64,000 bases of DNA. Source: Octopus sinensis (Eukaryota). The position numbers were made by a program, and so were the translations under genes. A model generated the notes under the pieces. That model had not been told where the DNA came from and ran no database searches. It worked only from the letters and a program-made list of their open reading frames with translations. The stretch spans positions 30,318,001 to 30,382,000 of the forward strand of contig NC_043012.1 in the NCBI RefSeq assembly GCF_006345805.1. The letters are read 5' to 3'. This document shows, in pieces, positions 52,194 to 64,000 of the stretch (the stretch's first letter is position 1; every line of letters begins with the position of its first letter).

Positions 52194-52344
52194 AATGAAA
52201 GAATGGAGTCGAACGAAGATGTTAACAAAATTCCTTAACTCTCGACACATTCCTTTACTCTCACATTTCCATGCTGACGATAAACAGGATAATCCACTCA
52301 CTACTTAAATATATAATATATAAATACAATATATAAAATATATA

Positions 52345-52750
52345 GGAGTGGCTGTGTGGTAAGTAGATTGTTTACCAACCACATGGTTCCGGGTTCAGTC
52401 CACAGCGTGGCACCTTGGGCAAGTGTCTTCTACTATAGCCTCGGGGCAGACAAAGCCTTGTGAGTTGGATTGGTAGACGGAAACTGAAAGAAGCCCCGTC
52501 GTATATATGTATATATATATATGTGTGGTGTGTGTGTTTGTGTGTCTGTGTTTGTCCCCCTAGCATTGCTTAACAACCGATGTGGTGTGTTTATGTCCCG
52601 TTACCTAGCGGTCGGAAAAGAGACGATAGAATAAGTACTGGGCTTACAAAAGAATAAGTCCCGGGTATGAGTGCTCGATTAAAGGCGGTGCTTCAGCATG
52701 GCCGCAGGCAAATGACTGAAACAAGTAAAAGAGTAAAAGAGTAAAAGATA
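52345..52750 (+). mobile_element. SINE family A, near full length
   Basis: ggagtggctgtgtggtaag...ggttccgggttcagtcc...aaacaagtaaaagagtaaaagagtaaaaga. Confidence 0.9.
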
Positions 52751-53101
52751 TATATATATATATTATATATATATATAAATACATAAGATACACACACATA
52801 TATGTATAAATATATATGTATATATATATATATAATATATATATAGATATATAATATTATACACATATGCATGTTTAGTCATAACCCAAGTGATTAAATA
52901 ATACAATTATACAATTGATGTCATCTCACTACACACACACACACGCGCGCACACACAACACACACACACACCACACACATATATGTGAGTGTGTGTGTAT
53001 GGGTGTTTGTGGGCATGTGTGTGTGTGTGTGTAATTCTAAAGTAAGTTTATTTTAATGTCCGTTTAAAAAGCAGTCTGTTATGAAGACAATAAATTTATT
53101 C

Positions 53102-53201
53102 NNNNNNNNNNNNNNNNNNNNNNNNNNNNNNNNNNNNNNNNNNNNNNNNNNNNNNNNNNNNNNNNNNNNNNNNNNNNNNNNNNNNNNNNNNNNNNNNNNN
53201 N
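53102..53201. other. Assembly gap (100 N)
   Basis: Run of exactly 100 N, typical placeholder for a gap of unknown size. Confidence 0.99.
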
Positions 53202-53338
53202 GGGTTTGCTATTTACCGCACGCTTACACGGACACCCCGGCCTTCCGACTGACTTTGGAGTACCTAATTCGCGCATTCTTTCTACCATCGGATTACATTA
53301 CCTTATTCCTTCGGAATACGCCATTTCTGCACCTTGAT

Positions 53339-53371
<33 letters not shown>

Positions 53372-53442
53372 TATATATAACACACCCACGCCTGCGACTC
53401 CCTCTTTCTTCCCCCTCTCTCGCTCCCTGTATACACACACAC

Positions 53443-53481
<39 letters not shown>

Positions 53482-53774
53482 GTATTTGTGTGTGTGTGTG
53501 TGTGTGTATACAGGGAGCGAGAGAGGGGGAAGAAAGAGGGAGTGGCAGGCGTGGGTGTATATATATATATATATATACATATATATATACATGCATATAT
53601 GGGTACAGGGCGTTACCACGGTGGAAATAACATGAGATGCGTAAACAAAGGGGGGGGGGGAACGAGTGAAATACTTAAACAACGAGAAAAAATGGACACA
53701 GAAAAAAGGACCAGTTGTGGACTGTCTATCTACTCCTCATTTCGAGCATTGAGAGAGAGAGAGAGAGAGAGGCG

Positions 53775-53900
53775 CTTCACAACCACATGGTTCCGGGCTC
53801 AGTCTCACGGCGTGGCACCTTGGTCAAATGACTTCTACTATAGTTTCGAGCCGACCAAATCCTTGTGAGTGGATTTGGTTGATGGAAACTTAAAGAATCC
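53775..53900 (+). mobile_element. 5' part of SINE family A
   Basis: caaccacatggttccgggctcagtctcacggcgtggcaccttggtcaa...gtggatttggttgatggaaact. Confidence 0.8.
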
Positions 53901-53909
53901 CATAGTGTT

Positions 53910-54350
53910 TTCCCCGGTTCTCCCAACAAAATGTCGCAGGCGATTTTTAAAATCTGGTGCTCACTTTTCCTCAGTAGCTCTAAAATTCTTTAATCTTGCA
54001 AGCTATTTGCTTCTTCAAAGCCCAATTTCATTAACACTGTTCGCTCGTTCTCCCTCGGTAATAATCTTCATCATCTCCGAGTGCTTTGTCGCGGCCTCCT
54101 TGTCATCAGCGGTTTTACTGCTCAGTTGGCGTGTTGAGCAAATCAAAGTTCTTCGTAAACCATTCACACCATCGTTCATTATCAACAAAAGCGTTTGCAT
54201 TAGTCGCTCCTTTCATCTTCTGCAAATCGCCATTTATAAACTTTAAACTTTTGCTTCAATGATCCCCATGTTCATCGTCATTTAAGGTTCGTTGTTTAAC
54301 GTTTTCGCCAGTCGTTCGACTGCGCCAATTCAAATGAGCCGCTCCAGTTT
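53910..54350 (-). pseudogene. Tigger/pogo-type transposase remnant
   Basis: NERWCEWFTKNF / TADDKEAATKHSEMMKIITEG...VNEIGL*...ATEEK*APDFKNRL resembles Tigger 'GWF.RFK..', 'ASAD.EAA.KF..L.KII.EG', 'N.DETGL', 'EEK.APGFK..KDRL'. Confidence 0.6.
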
Positions 54351-54538
54351 AAACATCACTTTAGAATTTACGAAAGGAAAGAAAAAAACAAAAAAGAAAG
54401 GAAGAAGGAAAAACTTCTTTACAAGTAGTGAACGGAATCACTGCTTGAGTGTTTAACCTAATTTCGTCGTTATTGTGATGTATTGTCTAAAAGATAAAAC
54501 GGGATCGCCACGTGTGTGTATGTATATGTATATATATA

Positions 54539-54571
<33 letters not shown>

Positions 54572-54949
54572 GATAGATAGTTAGATATATGTATATATAT
54601 ATCTATATGTATGTATATGTGTATATATATGTAAATATATATGTACATGAATATATATATAATGTGTATATATATATGTATACATATGTTTATGTATATG
54701 TGTGTATATATGTATATATGTATATGTATATATGTATATGTATATATGTATATGTACATATATATGTACGTATATATGTATATGTATGTGTATGTATATG
54801 TATGCGTATATATGTGTATATGTAAATATCTATCTATCTCTATATATATAGGCATATGTATATGTATGTATATATATATGGATATATACACACGGGACGT
54901 GTGTTACTGTAAAATATGTTTTAATTTCATTATGTCAGTGGTAAATTTT

Positions 54950-55330
54950 GATAAATTGGATAAAGTCCAATTTCTTGAATGCACTTTGACCACAGTCTGT
55001 GGGTGGTCGTCTTGTGTCCTGGTAGTGGACGGATCGAGCACATCGATATTGTAGAGCATGACATGTTCACTACCGTGTATGCTCTCCCTGGGTGTTCAAA
55101 ACGGCCATACACCGTCGGTACATGGAGCGGTTGAGGTGGTTCACAAAAGCCATTGGCACCTGTGCTCACACCCTGAGAAAAGCTGCCTCCAATTCCACAT
55201 GAGTTGTCGACCTTGGGACCACCTGGTTCAGCCGTCCCTGGATTTCTGAGAGCCGGACATGGCATGGTTCTGATATTGTACTGAGGCAGAAAGTCCATGG
55301 TGACCCTGGCTCTATGCGACTTGAAGTCTC
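54950..55330 (-). mobile_element. Tc1-like transposon 3' remnant
   Basis: PW...EIQGRLNQVVPRSTTHVELEAAFLRV*AQVPMAFVNHLNRSMYRRCMAVLNTQGEHTR* matches the Tc1 C-terminus 'L..SM.RRC.AVI...GGHTRY'. Confidence 0.75.
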
Positions 55331-55869
55331 GCGGGCCTCTAACTTAATCCCGCCTCTTTCAGGCTTCCTCTTCTGACACACGATGAACAGCAACAACAAT
55401 ATGCATAAATGATATCTGAATAAAATTCGTAAGAAAAATGCCGAATATCTTTTAACGTTAGTCTCTTGGACCAAGACTGACAGTGGTCGAAACATCATCA
55501 TCATCGTCGTCGTCATCATCATCACCATCATCACCATCATCATCACCATCATCACCATCACCATCACCACCATCATCACCATCATCACCATCACCATCAT
55601 CATCATCATCATCATCATCTACAACAACAGCAACAATTCCAACCGCAAATTTGACAGCGTCATTCTCCAGCTAAGCGCGTTCGGTATTTTTTTGTTCCTC
55701 TCTCCCTTTACTATAAGTATAAAGGGGAATAAGTTTGTATGAACTAAAAAGGAAGGGAAATCTGACGTTTCCGGCAGGGCTCTTCAGCGGTGACGGCTCA
55801 TGCCGGAAACACCCGACTTACCTTCTTCCTTACTATACACAAACTAATTCAACTCTGTGAATGTTTTGC

Positions 55870-55952
<83 letters not shown>

Positions 55953-57408
55953 TTGTAGAAAGGATTATTATTATTGTTGTTGTTGTTGCTGTTGTCATCG
56001 TTATTTGCGTAGTAGCTTCGAAGTCAACTGTTCCAGTACAAGTACAAAAGCCCTGACTATTGTTAAGTAGAGCGCTGAAATTACATGGTGAGATGTTCTT
56101 AATTAAATTAGTACGGCGGCCCACCCACTTCAAGAAACCCTATCCACCCGAAATGGAACTAAAGAACGACGCTCGGATCAATCGCTGGACCTGATATACA
56201 TACATGCATGCATACATACACATGTAATGCATATATTTATGTATGTATATATATACATATATAAATATGTATAAGTATACGTATCCATATGCATACACAC
56301 ACACACACACACACACATGTATACGCATAATATACATCATGAGATACAAAAAATAAATGAAAATATAAAGGTAAATTTGCATGTATGCGAAGGCACGTAA
56401 CGTAGCTGTTAAGAGGTGTTCAGATAATGTTTGTATAATATCGTGGATTCAAGCGCAGGACCAAGCACTTCATTTCAGGAGGATTAAGTTACCCGGTTGT
56501 AAATAAGTAGAAGCCGAGTGCTAATACAACCTCCTCCTATCACCTTTCACAACATAAATCCAAAATGAGTATAGCTGTGTATATATGTATGCTTTAAATG
56601 GCCATCTTGAGAACTTATTACGATTAAATGTTAGTTATTTTTACTATTAATGTTTACCACTGAAGTTAATATGACGTAACGAAATCGCTTTAAGTTTATC
56701 TCTCAACATCATTTGTGTTCTGTGGTCGAACTCTGTCGGAACTGAATTTGGTATGAGTGTGACGGGGTTTTACAGACATTAAATGAGTGTAGAATAAGTC
56801 TTGGGGTCGATTTGTTCGACTAAAGGCAATGCTCTACCATGGCCGCAGTCAAATGACTGAAACAAATAAAAAAGAATATATATATATATATCTATACACA
56901 CCCACACACACATATGTATGAACTGGATCATAGGGCTTAAAGCCTTTACCCTTAAATTATCAATACCATTAATGAGACGAGCTCAAATATTTATTTTCAG
57001 TCGTCTTCGTGTTGTTGATGTCTTCAATGAAATCTTGTTTTGTTAATTCCATGTTTCATGTCATCAAATGGACAATATTTTTCACCCACATCCACTTGCG
57101 GCTCAGATCGCGGATGTAACAGTAAAAAAAGTGATAAAATGAATGTAAAACAAAGAACAGTCCAAGACCATCAAGTTTGCGTGTATGTGTGTGTGTATGT
57201 GTGTGTGTGATGCGGGTTTGGCATTACAATATTGTAGCCAATCCCACATGTTATCAGCGCATCACCGGATTGTCCGGTTTGCTCATCTTCTCTCACCCTG
57301 TGTGTGTGTGTGGACACACATACACACACACGGACACACATGTACAGATGCATCTATCTATATCTATATCTATCTATATATATACATACATACACACACA
57401 CGTGCAGA

Positions 57409-57445
<37 letters not shown>

Positions 57446-57764
57446 ATATAGTTCATATTCATATAAAAAAAGAAAAAGAAAATGGAGGTTGGGAAGTCGA
57501 TAATTGTTTATTATTAAGAGCAAATTAATCATCTTCATTTACAGCTGTAAATATTAAGTAAACATTCAATTTATATTTATATGCCCTGAGCATAATATCT
57601 TCATACCCTTGGATGTTTTATATGTGTTTATAGATTCATTATACCAGTCTGCTGTAATGAATCCATAAACGTCCAAGGGCCTATTTTTCCCTCTGAAGAT
57701 ATTATGCTTAGGTCATATAAATATCAATTTAATATTGAAACAGTTGTAAGTGATAAATAATCCT

Positions 57765-57945
57765 TTCTACTGGAGGCACAAGGCCTCAAAATCGTGTGGT
57801 GGGGACGAGTCGATTATATCGACCTCAGTTTTACACTGGTACTTAATTTATCAAACCCGAAAGGATGAAAGGCAAAGTCAACCTCGGCAGAATTTGAACT
57901 CAGACGGGCGAAATACCGCTAAGCATTTCGTTCAGCACACTAACG
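57765..57945 (-). mobile_element. SINE family B
   Basis: ctactggaggcacaaggcc...gtcgatt..atcgacc...gaaaggatgaaaggcaaagtcaacctcggcagaatttgaactcag. Confidence 0.85.
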
Positions 57946-58944
57946 GTTATTAACTTCCCAATCTCCATTTTCTTTTTCAAAAGCACTGGACACTGGTCAA
58001 GCCTTGGCTACAGAAAATACTGTTCTATATTTGAGAGATAAGGAATTATGTACATTATTTACATTTGACGAATATTTGTCCTCATCTTGTTTGTCGTTAA
58101 CACAACGTTTCGGCTGAATTACCTTTTATCCTTCGGGATCGATAAAATAAATACTAATTGTATACTGGGGTCGATATAATCGATCTTACGCCCCCCCCCG
58201 GAATTGTGCCAAAATTTGAAACCGATATTGTTGGATACAAGGCTAATTGTAATTCCTCAAACGCTTTGCTTCTCAAAACTTAAATACAAAACCTCTTTTC
58301 CTCTTTTCTCAACTCTTTCCCCCTTGTTGTGAGTCAACGCCTCCTTCTCTATTTTTATGTACATCCACGTAACATACCCTAATTGCTTAGTTCCGGGTTC
58401 AAGTTCGGCGCGGGTGACTATTAACCGCTGCACCCGCAAATACGAGTGAAAATGGCATATTTTCGATTTTGTTTATTTATTTAGTCACATTTCGAAGACG
58501 AATGCAATTGGTGATGTTACTGTTATTGTGTTTGTTTTTTTATTGTTGTGAATGTGACTAACAAGCAGTCCACCATAATGTTACATTTAGAATAATTTTT
58601 GTTTTTAAAGTTAAAATTTGAATATACGACGAAGTTTAGAAACCATTGAACGGATGCATCTACCGCTCCTGGCACGCCCCACCCTGTTTTGTCTTCGGTA
58701 CCCCCATAATATTTACCACCACCTCCCTAGTTTACCGTCCACTTTGATAAGAACTGTTCTAGCGTTTTCTCTTGTTCTCATTGTATGGCGGCACTTGAGT
58801 TTGAGCCATCTTCTCGTCAGTTGTCACCAAAAAATGATAATCGGCAACAAATATCTCCGTGTTTACATCAACATGTTTCAACAGTCACCCACTGTGTAGC
58901 ACTTAACAAAAGGAGGAGGCGTCTTCGTTCTGTCTTTCAATGAC

Positions 58945-59406
<462 letters not shown>

Positions 59407-59459
59407 TGATGACGATGACGATGACGATGACGATGATGATGATGATGATGATGATAATA

Positions 59460-59532
<73 letters not shown>

Positions 59533-60147
59533 TGATGATGATGATGGTGATGGTGATGGTGGTGGTGGTGGTGGTGGTGGTGTGGTGGTGGTGACTGAAA
59601 GAAGTAATAGAATAAAAGACTAAACGAATATATTCAATCCCTAAACCATTTTCGCTGCTGACAGACAAAATCATTTTCCTGTCAAAGTGGAGGATGTCGA
59701 CCATTCCAGAAATTGGTCAATTATGATCGAGAATCTGGTGAATAACCGATCGGTCCTTACTGAATCCCAGTTCCTCTCTCATTCAGTTTTCTGTCCCCTC
59801 AAAATGACCCCTGTGAGTTGCTTGCTGAGTTCCACGCCACTTTTTGTACTTTTATGATCTCCTCTTCTGGATAGTTCCATCCCTACTCTTTCTCCCCAAG
59901 CTGTGGGTATTTTGCCGTCGCTCCAGAATGTTTATCAAGCGGGTGGTGGAGGTAGTGTGTGTGTGGTTTTGGGGGGGGGGAGAGGTCGATATTCGCTTTT
60001 AGACTTTCGACTGGGATTCCGTTTGGGAATGCTTGAACTTTCGCTTTTCATCAACTTTTGAGTTTTATGACTTTTACCTTTGTGGGTGACTTGCAGCTTA
60101 CATTTGGCTCGGAGTCGCTGGTGGAAGAGCTGATCTACATGAAGGTT

Positions 60148-60194
<47 letters not shown>

Positions 60195-60692
60195 TGCGTG
60201 TGCGCGCGCGCCTCATTGAACGGCCTACGGAATAGTTTCTGGGCTCAGATTTATTTTATTACGAACTGTCGTAATTCGTCTTTTTCATACTTGGGTCCAC
60301 TTTGTCATTTTCCATTTAAACTTCTTGACATACTGTACAGAATCTCCAGTGCCGTTTCTCCGACCTCGTCTACGAGTTTCTTCATATATCAGCTCATCTA
60401 TGTTTCTCTATGCTTTCATTTCACTTTATATTGGTGCTATAACAATTCTCCTCTATTTCTATGTATGCAATATATATAATATACGTATAAAATATTATAC
60501 AATAAATAATGTGTAATATATGATATACACACTCGCACACACATGCTTAATCACATACTATGTGTGTGTATACATATTTATATATATACATATAATATAC
60601 ACTTATACATACGCATGCATACTTATATAGATATATATATATATATTATATATATATAGACAAATATATACATACCTATATACATATATACA

Positions 60693-60814
<122 letters not shown>

Positions 60815-61889
60815 GCGTGTGTAATGATAGACTGTGTGTGTTGAGTGTGTTATGGCATAAATAACCGTGAATACACATATATATATACGGTGTATATGCG
60901 GAATGTCTGCAATTGAAGTGTGTATATGACGTGATTGAGGCGTAAAAAGAGGTCATCATAACGTTGCTCTTAGAACAATTAGGCTGTGATGTTGTCACGT
61001 GGTGATGAGGCTTACTTGATAGTAATAATAACACCATCCCATCACGAACTGGCTGGGGGTAGTGGTGGTGGTGGTGGAGAGATGCTGATGTGCGCAACCA
61101 CCACCACCACCACCACCGCCACCGCCGCCGCCGCCGCCAGTAGTAGTTGTAGTAGTTGTAGTAGTGTTATTACCACTAGTGAACTACATAATCGTTGGAT
61201 AGTCCAAACTAAGCAGTCATATCAATAACAACAGTTGACATTAGCTCCAAATGTCAAATACGACGACAGACAGACAGACAGACAGACTGACTGGGGAAAG
61301 GGTCTGATGTACGTACGTACGTACGTACGTATGTATGTATGTATGTATGTATGTATGTATGTATGTATGTATGTATGTATGTATGTATTTATGTATAGGT
61401 GTGTATAGGTGTGTATCTATGTGTGCATGCATGCAACTGCATATATGTATTTATATGTATATATATGCGCGCGGTGTGTGTGTGTGTGTGTGTGTGTGTG
61501 TGCATATGAATATATATATATGTATGTATATATGTATGTATACCTGTGTGTATACTTACATACGTATACATGTACACACCCTCACACTAACGCACATAAT
61601 GAAACATACTCACAGACATGAACTTTCTAAAGCAAGATCCATACAATCTGTGCACACACATCGAGACAAAGAGAAGCATAGAAATATGTATAGCGTCTGC
61701 ACACACTCACACACACACACATATATATATATACATTATGTTATATCGGGCATTATATATTTACATACTAAAAATCATCCTAGGCTAGTATGGAACCTCG
61801 CATCTGTTGATTTACATACAAAAACGTGTACTTGCCTTTACACGAACAATCTTTTGGAGTGGGCAGGGAGTTGTCTAAATGCTTTACAA

Positions 61890-61935
61890 CATGTCTGTCT
61901 AATGTCGTTTTCGTCTTTCTGTTTCTTTGTATGTG

Positions 61936-61979
<44 letters not shown>

Positions 61980-62133
61980 ATATATATATAATATATATAT
62001 ATAATAAAACATATATATATATACATATATATATATGTATATATATGCATGTATGTAATGTATATGCATATATATGTATATGTCATATACATGTATATGG
62101 TATGCATATATATAATATATTATATATATATAT

Positions 62134-62172
<39 letters not shown>

Positions 62173-62394
62173 GTATGTATATGTATATGTATATATGTAT
62201 ATGTATATGTATATATGTACATGTATATATATATATATGTATATGTATTTATATGTATATGTATGTATATATACATATACGTATGTTTATATACACATAT
62301 ATATACATTTGTATATATATATTTATACATTTGTCTGTATATACATACATGCATATATATATATGTATATATATATACACATACATTTGTATAT

Positions 62395-62425
<31 letters not shown>

Positions 62426-62430
62426 CACAC
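61890..62430. repeat. (TA)n/(TATG)n low-complexity field
   Basis: Directly visible; the 300-aa ORF 61826-62728 is an artefact. Confidence 0.95.
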
Positions 62431-63409
62431 TCGTATAATTTTCAGACGAACTACTGGTGTCGTATTTGGCTTTATTTATGGTTTTCTACATTTAAACAAT
62501 GCCCCATTGCACGTGCGAACAACCCCCGTTTCCCTCTCATCCCCCAACTCACACACGCCCCCCACCCCCATACGCTCATTCACTCAGAAACGCACCCTCG
62601 TGTACATGCAAACACCCTGGCTATTCATTGACCGAATTCAAAGAACAATCGTTTATGTCATCCTGCTTTACCTTATGGCTGTTAAGTTGAGTCTATTAAG
62701 AATAAATCTGTTGAGGAAACAAATCTGAACGAACGTCCGTTTTAGCGAGGAAAACAAAGTTCTTATATATTCTCGCTGCTTTTCTATGTGTTTCTGAGTT
62801 AAATATCTGGAAAGAGATGTTGCACTGATGGCCATCTTCAGGGGAATCATTTTTACGTTTGTTGTTCTTTGAATGGAAACGGTTCACTGAGCTTGTCAAT
62901 AAAATAAAGGGGCAAACGCGGAAGGGAAAAATAACGCTTAAGAAAACCTCAGGTAAAAAAAAAGAATGTAGGTTTTTAATTTAGGGAGAATTTCAATAAT
63001 TTTTGCTGCAGAGTATATTGGTTGATCACATCGTCCATGGTGCTTAGCTAGGACTTTATTTTATCGATCTCGAACCTATGATAGGCATGAGCCATACGAT
63101 ACTTTTCTTGTGCCCCAAATGCCTAACGTGCTAACGATTTTGTCAGCTTATTGCTTTGTTATAAAGTGTAGTAGTAGTAGTAGTAGTAGTAATAATAATT
63201 ATAATAACGATGATGATCTTTCTAATTTTGAGGTGCGGGGTAAGTCAATTACATCGACTGGTTCGTTATTTTATTGACCGCCACCCTCCTCGAGGATAAA
63301 GGACAAAGTCAACTTTGGTTAAATTCGAACTCCGGACGTAAGTAGAAATGCTGCCAAGTGTTTTGTCCGACGCTCTAACGACTCTGCCATCTTGTTGTAA
63401 GATATAATA

Positions 63410-63772
63410 ATAATCCTTTCTACTAGAGGTTCAAGGCCTGAGATTTGGGGGAGGGGGATAGTCGATTACATCGACCCCAGTACACAACTGGTACTTATTT
63501 TATCGATCCCCAAAAGGATAAAAGGCACAGTGGACCTCGGCGGAATTTGAACTCAGAACGAGAAAACGGACGAAATTCCACAAGGGGCTAAACACAGAGG
63601 GGACAAACAAGGACAGACAAACGGATTAAGTCAATTACATCGACCCCAGTGCGTAACTGGTATTTAATTTATCGTCTCCGAAAGGATGAAAGGCAAAGTC
63701 GACCTCGGCGGAATTTGAACTCAGTACGTAATGGCAGACGAAATACCGCCAAGCGTTTCGCCCGGCATGCTA
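63410..63772 (-). mobile_element. Two adjacent SINE family B copies (about 63410-63575 and 63575-63772); more decayed copies at about 63050-63150 and 63225-63385
   Basis: Repeated atcgaccccagt...tttatcg...aaggatgaaaggcaaagtcgacctcggcggaatttgaactcag. Confidence 0.85.
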
Positions 63773-64000
63773 AGTTTTCTGTTTACCACAGACCTGAGAA
63801 TCGTAACATCTTTTCACTACATTCAATTTCAATGGTATTTAGATTAAATATCTAACGTTTCTTTTGGAGGTAATCGTCAACTGTTCATATTGTAACCACA
63901 AAAACATTTTGTTTTACGCATCGGAATTAATCAGCAATAACAGCAACAACAAGAAATACACTATTTTGACAAATTCAACGAGCTACGAGGAAAATCCGAC

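Noticed and set aside
53079-53365. ORFs spanning the N run
   Set aside because: Artefacts of the assembly gap.
55761-55810. 10-bp hairpin with CTGAAGA...GAAACGTC on the minus strand
   Set aside because: Stem I does not pair and stem II is not closed.

Overview
AT-rich eukaryotic genomic DNA that is almost entirely repeats. It is most likely Octopus: I recognise the tRNA-derived SINE families from recall, and the microsatellite load (CA, TA, ATAC, ATCT, TAA) is extreme. No host protein-coding gene can be confidently called, and nearly all ORFs in the supplied track are translations of microsatellites. What is supportable: several decayed RLE-type (R4/Dong-like) LINE pieces tied to (TAA)n tracts, RTE-, CR1/L2- and Tx1-clade LINE 3' fragments, Penelope-like GIY-YIG remnants, a full-length 1288-bp mariner with perfect TIRs and TA TSD nested in a Dong copy, Tc1 and Tigger/pogo remnants, and many SINE copies. 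There is one 100-N gap. The most unusual signal is a set of hammerhead-ribozyme (HHR) cores from several unrelated families, some sitting in or at the axis of long fold-back palindromes. One is joined to a tRNA-like head and a (TAA)n tract, suggesting a ribozyme-bearing composite retroposon. A Tx1 LINE embedded in (TCTA)n may be a microsatellite-targeting family. All alignments and folds were done by eye, so element boundaries are approximate unless TIR/TSD junctions are given.
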